From: Azolla caroliniana
Taxonomy: Eukaryota; Plantae; Polypodiophyta
Direction of reading: 5' to 3'
Assembly: GCA_043228905.1 (NCBI GenBank)
Contig: JBHGNT010000017.1
Location: 9,238,001-9,302,000 of the forward strand
Length of the DNA stretch: 64,000 nucleotides
Of the stretch, positions 51,930 through 64,000 are shown one piece after another. The number at the start of each line of letters is the position of its first letter. Within the stretch, counting starts at the first letter, position 1. A program made the translations under genes and the position numbers. The notes below the pieces were generated by a model. That model had not been told where the DNA came from. It did no database searches and worked only from the letters and a program-made list of their open reading frames with translations.

Positions 51930-54005
51930 AATGTGGCATATGCCGCACAATAATCATTTGGATACCGAGTAAATGTAAGCATTTACTCGGCAAGGTCTTG
52001 GCAGGCAAGGTCTTGGCAATCACAATATGAGCATTGGAGTGAGACATTATGTATATACCATAGAGTGGGAGTCGTCATGCTCAAGATTCTAAACCAATAT
52101 CGGGCCTCGTCCACAATATGCATTGTGGAAGTATCATTGACATACCTTTCCAATATTCTCTCGGCCTCTTTGAGTCGGGACCTTTGATCCCTACAATTTG
52201 CACGAGGTGCAAATCGACCACTCTCACATATTTCTTGTCGTTGCTTGTACCACTCTACGACCGTTCCTCCGATGCAAGTGCCAGTTTCACTGTCCCCAAT
52301 TAAGACATGTACAAGGTCGGTAATTGATTGGTTTATTCTCCCTCTCAAGGCAGTATATTTGATAAATTGCCAATGTCTTTCCACAATATTGGTAGTGTCA
52401 ACATGTCTGTGGTTACACATTCTACCAAACTTGGGCCAGAGTTTCCTCCACACACATGTCAAACCACACCATCCTCCTTCTATATATTGCCAAACACCGG
52501 GCTTGTCTCAGTAATGCATTGCATCAGTTGGCACATTCGTTGATAAAGATGGCTTCTCTCAGTTGTACTTACTTTTGGCAACAAGTTGTCCACCCATGAT
52601 TTTTTGGCGTGAAACTGACACAACAAAAGTTGACAATGTGTTTGTGACCATTGTCCATTTATAACAATCCATGATTGATGGTATGTTGCAACCACATTAG
52701 TTATGGCATTATATGATGTCCAACATTTATTAATCACTATCGCATTTGGCCTCACCGTGGGCATCCTTGCGAATATAACTCTCAAGCAAGTTTCTAATGC
52801 AACTTGCTCATGGTTTGACCCCTTATCAGAACTACAAAGCATGTACCATAATGGGATCCCAAATCCCATGGTGTTGGGGACTAGCCTTGGACTTATGATA
52901 TGCTTCCTTACGCATGCTCATTCGTGCCACATGCCTTGCACACCCAACATCAAATAGGTCATCTTTGCAGCAACTAATGACATTGGGGTGTGTTGGCAAA
53001 TGGTACACATCCGACCTACTACATGGTACATGACCACTATGAGGTCCATATATTGAAATGGTCAGTGTCTCATTGTCGACCCCGTCATTCATTCTAACGT
53101 CCACGTGGAATGTACACCCACATCGAGATGTGCACTTGCGTCGCCGAGTGGAATTAGATGCAAGTCGAGATGTCCCAGCACGATGACAACTATACCTAGT
53201 CACACACATGCATACCCATCTTGACTCCTTTCCTTAAGCGTGGATGATACTTGGTTTGCAAATCCGTGAGTCTAGCATCTAGCTGGTGGGTTTCTACAAT
53301 GATCACTTCTATGGGTAGGGTCTTGTTATATTTGACCATGCTCGATCCCAAACTTTCGTTCATGTCAACCTTCGACACCATTTGGCAACCACAACTTCTA
53401 ATGAGTGCTTTTACGTACTCCGTTGTGATGCCATAATCACGTACATCAGTCGTGTAATCCTGCTTTAACTCTTTAAGAGTCTTTGAATATGTGTGATGTG
53501 ATATGTCACCATGTGACGCTAATACTACCTCCCTCCATTTCTCGACATATATTACTTGAAGATTAGGTGATGCCTTAAGGTAGATTGCACTCGCATTCCC
53601 GAGTATGAGACGACTCTTCATGTGCCTCCATGCATGGAGATTGAGAGGTGCACCCCTTGCGACATCACGTAATGCTTCTAATGTTACTTTAACTTCTCCC
53701 AATAAATCTTTAACCATCAAATCATACACACCTCTTGAGAATGAAAAATACCTGGGGGAACAATACATGAAGGGATCCACCGCCTCATCCTCATGATCGG
53801 ATTCAGATGACTCAAAAGGCATCTCCAATTCATCCTCAAATACAAACGATGCACTGGACGACCATGATGTATCCTCCAATTCATCTTCCAACATGGCAAA
53901 GACACCATGATGCATTGTGCTCTCCATAGATGGTTGTGGTTGATTACTACGGCGAGTGAAGGGAATGTGAGTAATTATGCCAATGAATAAAGTGAATGAA
54001 CTCAA
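51930..54005 (-). pseudogene. MULE-type DDE transposase with SWIM zinc finger, frameshifted
   Basis: C-x-C...HxGH DNA-binding region (52832-53209), GIPLWYML..AIVINK..CQFHAKKSW (52480-52869), TTNIVERHW (Glu), CDCQDLACKH (SWIM, with an 18-bp duplication). Confidence 0.75.
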
Positions 54006-54348
54006 ATGAATGCCAATAATTGAAGTTCAAATGAATTTGAACATAATCGATAATGCACATGAATGAAGTGGATGATTTCAATTTCTTCAATGATTTCAAC
54101 ACTTCGAGACTGATTTCAACTCTTAGTGAATGATCGAGAATCATGCCAATTGTTCGTGAATGATTGAATCTGTGGTTTGATTAATCTCTACGATGAATGA
54201 AATCATTGCGAGTGATTAATAGACTGTGAATGAAGTGAATGATTTCAGCTCTTAGTGAATGAGTTAGTGACTAGCAGTGAATCAATTTAGTGTGATCGTT
54301 AGTATGATCGTTGCAATGCCATCATTTCACGTAGTTGGGCACCTGCCT

Positions 54349-54747
54349 ATTAATCAGTCATGCTCCCTCCTTTGATATGAGTCAGGCTCCTCATTAATCA
54401 GTCAGGCTCCCTCCTTTGATATGAGTCAGGCTCCTCATTAATCAGTCAGGCTCCCTCCTTTGATATGAGTCGAGCTCCTCATTAATCAGTAGGGCTCCCT
54501 CCTTTAATATGATTCGGGCTCCTCATTAATCAGTAGGGCTCCCTCCTTTGATATGATTCGGGCTCCTCATTAATCAGTAGGGCTCCCTCCTTTGATATGA
54601 TTCGGGCTCCTCATTAATCAGTAGGGCTCCCTCCTTTGATATGATTCGGGCTCCTCATTAATCAGTAGGGCTCCCTCCTTTGATATGAGCCGGGCTCCTC
54701 ATTAATCAGTAGGGCTCCCTCTTTTGATATGAGTCGGGCTCCTCATT
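54349..54747 (+). repeat. Tandem array, 9 copies of a 44-bp unit
   Basis: ATTAATCAGTAGGGCTCCCTCCTTTGATATGATTCGGGCTCCTC repeated with few substitutions. Confidence 0.97.
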
Positions 54748-55249
54748 GGAAAATTTGGAATGTTGAAAATTTGTGAGGATTTCGAACATAATCTTGAACT
54801 TCCCCATATAACATTATTGTAGATTACTTTGTGTACCTTAGTGTGTGTTCACAAAGCCTATCCTTCATTATTGACTTACTTTGGCGTATTCAACAATAGC
54901 AGAGGATTATTTCAACTCTTTGAAGAACTCCAACCAAGAAACTAGCTTTTACTAAAGCATTGCATACACAGTTTATATAGGTATGAATCAAGAATGAAAT
55001 AAATTCACATTGAGTCATATACAACCAAAATGACATTCAAATGTTGATTTGAGATTACAAAATTAACTATATTGATATGGCCAATAATATACAAAGAAAG
55101 CGTGCAACCTTGATTCCAAAATACAACATTGGTGGCAACCTTGGTTCTAGAATATACAAAAAAGGCTAGCAATTGCATTAGATAGTACATCGAGATCATA
55201 TATTTGATGTTACAAAATACAACTCCGAATGATTAAAATAACCCTAAGC

Positions 55250-57932
55250 CTAGAGTCCTTCGTGCCCATTTTGCCATGATTTTTCAAAGGAGCTCCACGT
55301 CTTCGAATCCAAACCATTGCTCCTTAACCTGCACCACAAAATACCATCAACCCTAACCCCTTACAAAAACAAATGTTCATATTCAATCCTAAGGGATACT
55401 TACAAAATAACTAGACTCAAATCCTTGAATGAACTCCTCAACCAACATCCGAATTGTTTGCATCATGTAATACCCACAATTTGTCCCATTAGGTTGGGTC
55501 GGGATATGTAATACATGGAACCGTTCATCACTGATGATGCAATGGTCATGCGTGGCACTAGAGATATGTCGTACAACCAAAACACGCAATGTCTTCATGT
55601 CGGTAGTTGGATGATTATTTAGTGGATCACAAAAAGAAATTGGGGTCCTGACCTTCTTGGCTTCGAAACCCGTAGTAGTCTGTTGCATCTTCACCCAAAG
55701 CACCCAATGCCCCGAGTACAATATTGGAATGAAGAGATATTCCCGTTCACGGACCCGAGTGAGTATGTTTTCTACCTTATGACGTTGCTCTACTAGTTGT
55801 ACCCATAATGGATCAACAATATGAAGCCGCTTGTTGATCTCGGGGGGTAGTGAGTACTCCATCCATAAGTGGAAGAGGGTCATTGTCAACGTGGATGCCA
55901 TCTCCCCTGCAGTGCACAACGAACATAGTTCTACCTCAGTAAAAAAGACCGCTAGATCTATTCTTCGATAAGCCACCTGAAACCTGTTTATTAGGCCACA
56001 TTAGCAAGTATAAAAATACATGAAGTTAACTTTTGATCACATGCCCCCACCATAACGACATACCTAGTGAACTTATTTTTTGTTGTGTTATCCCATGTTT
56101 TCGTGATTGTCCTAGGACCAACAAAGACAATCCCAATGTCCTCACTCTTAGCACTAGAAGCATATTTTGATAGCTATGGTAGGAAATTCAAGAGCTTCCT
56201 CAGCACTAGAAGCATCTGGTATTACATCTTCCAATGGCAATATACTCCTAGTAGTCATCTCTTGCACCCTCGTTTTTAATGTTCTCTTTGTAATACTTCG
56301 ATGAACATTATGAGCTCTATTAGTGAAATAAGTTTTTTGGTAAACCCTAAACCTTATATATTTAATAGGGTGAATTCCAATCTATAGGATGATTCACATG
56401 CACATCTCAAACTTCTCTTAATTAGACAACTGTTTTATATACATGTCATAAAGACAAGGCCTTGACACACTTTGCATCTAGCGGTTTGATGTATACCTTT
56501 TACAGTAATATATATGTATCTTTCTCTAAAGAGAATGCAAACAAACAACCATAATCATTCTGATCCTTGTCTTTTATGCTTGTGATTTATATACAACAAG
56601 AAAACTCTCATCCTGGCTTACAAATGCACCTCTATTCCTTTACACATAAACCCTAAATTCTCACAATCATAGGTTTCCATTTGGAATTGACCTATTGAGG
56701 TGATCCTGAGATGCTTCCTAGAAAGGAAAAAACTTACGAAAAATATTAACATCAGTCTTGGTGAACTTCCATAAAAAGACTTCAATAGAGGATATCGACC
56801 CATCTACACTACAAGATAGATAACTTTAGTACATAAATTCATTGTGTTATTATTTTTAGTGTTATATACAGAATAGACGATTTATAGTTATATAACTCAC
56901 CCTGCAAATTCTGTAAGATAATTTGTGTCATTACACTTACTGTTTTCTAGATTAATGATAGTACTTGAAATTGAGGTCTGGACCTAACTTAAAAATTACT
57001 TGCTATCTGATTGTTTTGGTCTTTAAACTTAGTCTTCTTTGTATTTATTTCAGGCTTATATCTAGTACAATCATAAATCTTTGATAGGCAGAAACACCAA
57101 GAATCGTTTCTGTGACATCATCTGTTCTTGCAATTTTCCAAGAATGGCTACCATCATAAGTATTAGAAATGCAGTTGTGAAGCCAGAGCAATGCTCCAGT
57201 AAGGCAAGGTAGGGTTGCAAGGGTTGGGTTAGTTACCACAAACCTAATAACTGAGACAACTTAAATGTTTCAGTAAAGAGCCTTTTGCCTCATGCTCATA
57301 ATGGAATGAAGGCATGGAGAGGTAAAGGTTCTATCTTGAACTTGGCTATGTACACTAAAGTAAGGTGACCTCAACTGAGAAATCTAAGGATGTAGGTGGA
57401 TGGTAGGTGGTAGCAATAGCAAAAAGAAAAAGCAAACCAACATGAGATTGAACACAAGACAATTTTAAATAATGACGAAAAAACTTCATTCAAGAATATA
57501 ACAATGAAATAATGAATACATTAATGGAAACAAATTTATTTCTAAGGATGATATTAGGTTAAGAAAAGTTGTAACTTTCCATCATTATGATTAGAAAATG
57601 GTTGCAGAAGAAGAAGAGAAAGACGAGGACGAGGAATAATGTACCTTTTCATCATTATCGATTAAACAATATAATGGATGATGATGATGGTGATGGTGAC
57701 ATCATTAAACAATATAATGGATGATGCTGATGCTGATGGTGACATGGTGACATCTTCCCATCATTATAATTGCTTAGAAGAAGAAGAAAGGAAGAGGAAG
57801 TAGTTACCTTTTCTTTGTCACAGTAAGTGTTGGAGATGGAGGTTGAATCAAGAGGAAGTTTTGGTTCGGATGGTTCGAGAATAGTTGAAGTCTCCTTATT
57901 TTCTTTGTTCTCAGAGGAATTTCGACTATCCA
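55250..57932 (-). pseudogene. Spliced Ulp1/C48 SUMO-protease-like gene (main exon 55400-55976)
   Basis: YLFIPILYSGHWVLWV, FCDPL, QPNGTNCGYY (His-Asp-Gln-Cys). Splice sites CAG|GTG at 55977, TTT|GTAAGT at 55400 and AAG|GTAACT at 57807; last exon has a premature TGA. Confidence 0.75.
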
Positions 57933-58499
57933 TATGCGTACTAAACCCTAAACCGACTGTTACGGTTTCTCTGTTTCCCCGCCCTTGCTCAAAAGAAAAA
58001 TAAAATTTCAAATTTCTCTTCTCACACAACAACATATATATAGGTTAGAATCGGGCTCCTCCCTCTTGTAAGTCGGGCTCCCATAAAGTGAAAACTTGAG
58101 CACGCGCTTTTTTTTATCCAGATTGGACAGTGGAGATCGCACACGCCATCAACGATGCGACTTGCACCATCTGCGCCCGTGATTCCCTCTTAAATATTTG
58201 GTAGTAGTTAGACACGTCGATGTACATATGTACTACTACTTCTTCAGTCTTCTTCTTCTACTACTACTACTAATAATAAATAGGAAGAATAAAAGATATT
58301 ATGTACGATGGATGACATCTATCTATCTATCTATCTATCTCTACATACAATCCATTGATCGATCCGCTCTTATTATATATCCATTCATTTATTCCTTCCG
58401 ATCATGTCCTTTTTGCCATCCAAATAATAAAGAGGCCTGGTGAAGGAATTGTGGTCAACGCACCCCGAAAGAGCGCAGTTCACAAAGAGCACGTAGGCC

Positions 58500-58780
58500 C
58501 GTGACTAACTCGGCTCAGTCCAACAGCCTTCGTCGTGTTTAACCCGGCTCAGTCCAATAGCCTTCGCCGTGTTTAACCCGGCTCTGTCCTTATGTTTCTC
58601 AACTCTAATTGACCTATATCCAACAGCCTCTGCCACGTCTAACCTAGCTTTGCCCTTGTGTTTGTCACGTCCAACCCAACTTAGATCTTGCCTTTGTCAT
58701 GTCTAACCCAACCCAATGTTGTTAACTCGACTAACTTTTTTTCTAACTCGACCCCCGCACCTACATCTAACCCAACTGAA
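58500..58780 (+). repeat. Degenerate subterminal-type repeats (CGTGTTTAACCCGGCTC / CTAAC motifs)
   Basis: AACCCGGCTCAGTCCAA(C/T)AGCCTTCG occurs 2-3 times, followed by decaying CTAAC repeats. Confidence 0.6.
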
Positions 58781-61712
58781 ATTTCTGAAGCGACTAGAAA
58801 CTTCAAATATCACCAAAAAATTTCAAAAACATATTCAAAGATCAAAATACCTTAGTTTTACATTTAAAACTGTAGACACCAAAAACTTCAAAAAATATTG
58901 GATCTATAGCAAAAGTCAAAGTTCATCGCAAACAATGAATCTTCTCAGATTTCATCCACCATAAAAATTTAAGCCATTATAAAAATTTCAGGCATCAAAA
59001 GAATTTCTAAAGTGACCAAAAACTTCAAAGATCACATATATTCTGCAAGACCAATAATGCAGACATTCAGATTGTAACCACTTTCAAATGTGAGCCACCC
59101 TAAAAATGTGAACCACCAAAAACATGACAACCCTAAAAATCACAAGATCTAAACAAAAAGCTAGAGATCATGGCTCTTGTTCAGTGGATGGCAAAATACA
59201 CCCATAATTTTTGCTGCAATCAACATTAGAGTCCCTTGAAGCCAATGTCAAGCCATCACAATGCAAACATAGAAGCTTCTTAGCCTCACATATTGCCGAA
59301 TGCCTCTTAGAACACGTTCGCGTTCACAAGTGGAAGGATCGTGCATAAATGGAAGGATAAGGGAAATTTTGGTTGATTTTAGGGCTTTTTCAATGATTTT
59401 ACAAAACACATTGATACCAGTATCATACATGTTCAAACATACTATGAAAAAGGTTAAAAATCCATTATTTTCGTGATTTAGAAGTAACTAAAAAAAGACG
59501 AATTTCAAAAAGATACATTCTCAATTTATATCACAAACTTTACAACCAATGTTATTTTATAAGAAACAATTTTTTAGAAATCATAAGAATTCAAAACACA
59601 TGCTTTTATATTACTCTATTTGTTACAAGCGGAATGTAGTTACACTTAATAGCCAAATATACATTCATGATCACTCCTTTACGGAGAATCACTACTATAA
59701 CTAATATACAATGACGATTCCTCCTCATCATCCTCGGATGTACCAATCAGTGCATTATCTTCGTCATAAACCAAATGGTTTGACTCTGGATTATATGTAG
59801 CAGATCTCGTTTGCCTTTGACTCGAGCCACCTTGTAGACCTGGTAATTTTTCTTTTATTATATCTATTGTTGACTTCCTTAATCGTCCGGCTTTTGTAAG
59901 TGTGAAGTCGTACACGATGATATCCACATCAGAGATATCAAGGGTCGAGGTGTTACGAATGTTTCGCTTCCTCTTCCTACCTCCCCTTCTTGTTGGGCAT
60001 TCAATCATTTCCAATGTATACTTACCTGTAAAAGCATTTGCACTTCTAGTGTTGTACCAATGAACATTTATAGACTTGATCGTGTTTTCTATTTCATGCA
60101 TTAGCACTTCTAGAATTTTAACAACCCAAAATTGGTGGCCATGTGAGTTCTCATCAGTCGGCGTTGCAATCAACATCCCCGCGGTGAGCTCTTGCAAATT
60201 GCCTTGCCATCTAGCTTCGGCTACTTTGGTCATCCTTGGTCCCACATAAATGTCTCTTTGTTGTGGATGGACTAAGTTGTCATTAATCGCATTTGCTAGT
60301 TGCTCCGGAGTTCTATTTACGCGATCATGTTGAAGCGACCATGTGAATGGTGTTTCCAAATTCCAATTATCACTAGATACACAATTGTCTATAATTCCTT
60401 TCTAATCACTATAAAATACATCCCACCATGACGTGTCTTGTTGTGCGGCATATTTCTTGGCGGCCTCAATATGCTTTCTTTTTTCTTCTAAGGCTTGGAG
60501 CCATGACCGTTTTTGTTCTGATACCAAGTCGCTCTGCAACTGTCCTTTCTTCTCAATTGGCATTTGCTTAGCTCCGTGGACAATTGTACTCAGCATACAA
60601 AGTAATAACTGGCAACCACCTTCAGGTTCCCATGTTGTAGAAGATGAATATTGTTTAGCATACAAAAGTGTAGAACCACTTATTCCATTTTTCTTTATCA
60701 TAAAAATGTGATTGAAACTTATATTGTTTAACTGAGCAAGCACTTTAACACTCCCACCACCCCCATCTGATATATATCTCTTAAAGTCATATACCTCCTT
60801 CAAGTGTAACACTTTTGGGCGTGGTGTATATGCATCACAAATGACATCAAATAGTTTAGGTAAAGTGAAAGCATCATGCCGAGACAACTATCTAGAGAAT
60901 GTGCTAAACATCTGATCTATATGGTCATGTGTGTGGCCAACCAAAAGAAAATTGACTTTCACTTTCCTAAACAATTCTTGGTTGACCAACATACTTAGAT
61001 AGCCAAATACAGTTGAATTTTTGTTCTCTCTAGCAGTATTGTCCAATTGAATGTATAGAACAAGGGGGAAAGGTTGGCCCCAAGACATCAAAACTCGGTG
61101 AATGACTGTAACTGTTAGGTTAGGGTTATTGTGAACATTGGGGTATGTAATGAAGACGTGAGGTCCAACAGAACTATTATAAGCCAAGCATCCCACCAAG
61201 TGCATTTGAACAAGGCACTCATCATTGACATCTTTGGGGAGCCTCCGCATATGCGGCAAGCACGTCTTCTTCTGGTCCATGCCATCTATCATTAAGCACA
61301 TGTATTGTTCGGGCCTCTTCAAACACTTCTCTCTATGATGTATCGCCTTCTTTCGTTCTAAGGATTGTGCCTCACGATGCTCTTGTAGTAACTTCTTACT
61401 CATATCCTTTTCCATTGATGTCTTTGCACCTTTAGCCAAACTTTTAAGATTTGCACAAATGGAGCAATACCCCATACGTACTTTACGAGGAATGATAACA
61501 TTTGAAAACCGAGCTCTCCATAATCTTGTGAATTGGCTATAGGTGATAGACTGATTACGTGAGCCCAACATATCAAATCGATAGACATCATAAACTTCCC
61601 GACGTGTATAATTATCAGAAAGGTGCATCCTACCTGTAGTGGGAATTACTTCACAATTTAACTGAAAGTAAGTTTTCATCCAACCAATAGCATGTCTTCC
61701 AATTGCACCTTT

Positions 61713-62168
61713 TGTTATGGGCATGACCATTTAATATCCCGTGGTGAGAATTTACCGTAGTATTCTATACACGTGGATAAGTGTGAGGGTTAAATGAGAG
61801 TGTAAAGAAGGGGAGGATTACTTTTAATCCTCGGGATTGAGACAACCCATTAGGTCAACTGTGAACTTGCATGGGGGCCTTGGGTATCGCTATAAATAAG
61901 AGGCCTAGCTACCCTCATTTGATCAACTTTTTGACAACATCGAGACTCTGCTCTTGTGGTGGGTCAACTCTTGTAGCGAGCGCGCCAGCACCAGGTACGA
62001 CTCGACGCCACGGCGGTGGTATGGGACGCCGATCGAGGCTCGAGTCCATCTTGATCCCTTCGCTCGGGGGTGGTCGGGTGGATCGGCACCCTTCTTTCTC
62101 TTTCTCCTTTCTATCTATCATTTGTTTATCCTTATCTTAAGCTTACTTTAGTACTTAGATCTCTAATA
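61713..62168 (+). mobile_element. Solo LTR (456 bp) inserted in the transposase
   Basis: Perfect TSD CCTTT (61708-61712/62169-62173), TGTTA...TAATA; removal restores SMKGAIGRH. Confidence 0.92.
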
Positions 62169-62699
62169 CCTTTCATACTTGGAACCTCTTTACAATTGAG
62201 CATCTGATCCCCGCTAAGTAGACGTTGTTGTACTCTATGTAGCCGCATATTACTAACACATAACGCAATTTTGAATGCAACTCTACATATCTGTTGTGCA
62301 TGGAAGATATAATACTCGAATGATACTTTGATCCCCGTACATTTGTCAGATACTAGTTGCATATGTGTCCCGAGGTAAGTGTCTTGCTCATCACCGGTCA
62401 TCGAAAAATAGTATCGCCTTAATTCTCGCAACTTTGATTTTCCAATCATAGACATACAACCACGGGCACAACATATTTTTTTGACATCAAATCCAATCTG
62501 TTTATCTGATGTCACCAAGCTAAATCTAGCCAGACGAATTCTTCGTGGGATTCTTCTAATATGCATAGGGCTCCCAGATTTCTCTTCCTGCATAGAGTTT
62601 GGTGTAACCTTGTTACAATCTCATTCTTTGTTGTGACCATCGCCAATGTTATTCAATGTTTCCTTGGCACTACCTTCATTCTCCGTATCTTTATTAATA

Positions 62700-62915
62700 T
62701 CGTATTCTTCAATAGAGAACTCTTCACATGTGTCATTATTTACATTCCCTGTAGATGAGCTCAGACAATATTCTTCGATAGAATATGGTGAGTCTGTCGA
62801 CAGACAATATTCTTCAATAGAATATGGTGACTCTGTCGACAAACAATACTCTTCAGTAGAAAACGATGAGTCTGATGACAAACAATATTCTTCAATCGAG
62901 AACGGTGAATCTTCA
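62700..62915 (-). repeat. 39-bp coding tandem repeat (SPYSIEEYCLSTD x4, plus one partial)
   Basis: Visible in ORF 62621-62920. Confidence 0.9.
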
Positions 62916-63650
62916 CTCATGGCTTAAGGTCTAGATAGGGCTCTGTAAGTTATGTGCTTAGGGTAAGGAAAAATAATAATAAGCTCCTCTCTAAACATAT
63001 ACTCCTCTCTAAACATAAACTTCTCTCTAAACAAAAGCCAAATCAATAGAATGTCTATATTATGTAATATTATATTAATACAATACATAAAAAATTTATT
63101 TTTAATATAGTAATTATATTTAAAATATCAATTATTATTTAAACTACATCCATATGAAGTTAAATCAAGTATAATATAAATCTAATCATTACCAAGCCAT
63201 AAATATGTTGGATTAATGTTAAAATCATTGGCTAATTAATGACACCCATATTTGATATAGAACCTCTCACTCATTGGTTCTTTAATGCTCACCATTTTAA
63301 ATATTAGACTTATCAATCATTGGTTAATTCATGCCCACATCTTTAATACACAGCATTTGAGAGTCATAAAAATTGTTGCTTTTAGTAATCAATCATTGGT
63401 ACATTCATGAACCTCTATCATTGTCTCCTTCATGACCTTTGAAGTCATTGCAGGTTGTTATCACTATAAAAGATTGATCAATATGTTAGTTTGACTTTGT
63501 AATCATTAATGCAATCATAAGTTACTCTAGTTAATGTCACTGTGGTTACCAACTAACTATCCTCAAACTTACCAACCTTGGTTAAGGTGACTATGGTTAC
63601 TTTAACCAATGTGGTCAATCCCTATAAATAGGAAGACCTCGTCATATTTC

Positions 63651-63728
63651 ACTCACAAGAGCACACAAGAGCGTACAGAGCACACAGAGCACACAGAGCG
63701 TATAGAGCACACAAAACACATAGAGCAC
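63651..63728 (+). repeat. Short tandem repeat (CACAGAGCA)
   Basis: ~10-bp units just downstream of CTATAAATA at 63622. Confidence 0.8.
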
Positions 63729-64000
63729 GTATCGAGTTCCTATGTTTCCTTTGCTTTTTAAACAGGAACTCGATACGGCATATCGAGTTCCCGTTTAAAA
63801 TTTAAGTTTTAAACAGGAACTCGATACGTCGTATCGAGTTCCCGTTTAAAGTTTAGGTTTTAAACGGGAACTCGATACGCCGTGTCGAGTTCCCGTTTAA
63901 AACCTAAACTTTAAACGGGAACTCGATACACCGTATCGACTTCCTGTTTAAAAAGCAAAGAAATCACAGGAACTCGATACGGCGTATCGAGTTCCTGTAT
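63729..64000. repeat. Modular palindromic array (alternating GTATCGAGTTCC / GGAACTCGATAC, ~51-bp period)
   Basis: At least 11 motif copies in alternating orientation; continues past the window end. Confidence 0.93.

Larger units (their letters stand above)
51930..58189 (-). mobile_element. Mutator-like (MULE) DNA transposon carrying transposase and Ulp1-like protease gene; left end truncated
   Basis: Transposase pieces 51930-54005, 44-bp array, Ulp1 exons 55250-57932; candidate terminus GAGGGAATCACGGGCG (minus strand) at 58189. Confidence 0.6.
59679..62920 (-). pseudogene. Sola1-like (DUF7869-type) DDD transposase, ~926 aa, split by a solo LTR and three in-frame stops
   Basis: CCARGC..ICRVAF..VS, IPRK..YCSIC, IDGMDQKK, LYIQLDNTARENKN, FLLVGHTHDHIDQMFS. 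The ORFs are in one frame after removing 61713-62173. Confidence 0.75.

Noticed and set aside
54349-54747. CRISPR-like array
   Set aside because: Units are contiguous with no unique spacers, there are no cas genes, and the context is eukaryotic; it is a minisatellite.

Overview
Land-plant nuclear DNA (GT-AG introns, Met-tRNA-primed Copia elements, CT/TG microsatellites). The Tcn1-type chromoviruses and a Sola-like transposase suggest a non-seed plant such as a fern, but this is inference. 1-26.8 kb is a nested LTR-retrotransposon cluster. A Tat/Athila-like Gypsy and a chromovirus (TSD GCGAG) are inserted into a Copia. That chromovirus holds a younger Copia, which holds a second chromovirus (TSD ATGAG) assembled as an inverted duplication around a 100-N gap. 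Two host genes follow on the minus strand: CSP41a (6 exons, 29752-31991) and a HAL2/SAL-family PAP phosphatase (9 exons, 40869-51831). Decayed Copia/Gypsy/LINE sequence, an endonuclease-less LINE-type RT element and solo LTRs lie around and inside them. The right end carries a MULE-like element (DDE + SWIM transposase, spliced Ulp1 protease gene, 44-bp tandem array), a Sola1/DUF7869-like transposase split by a solo LTR, and a modular palindrome array running off the window edge. The most notable signal is that both chromovirus families lack a tRNA PBS. Instead they show a Tf1-style self-priming architecture and an antisense tRNA-like A-box/B-box cassette at the U3 tip of the LTR.
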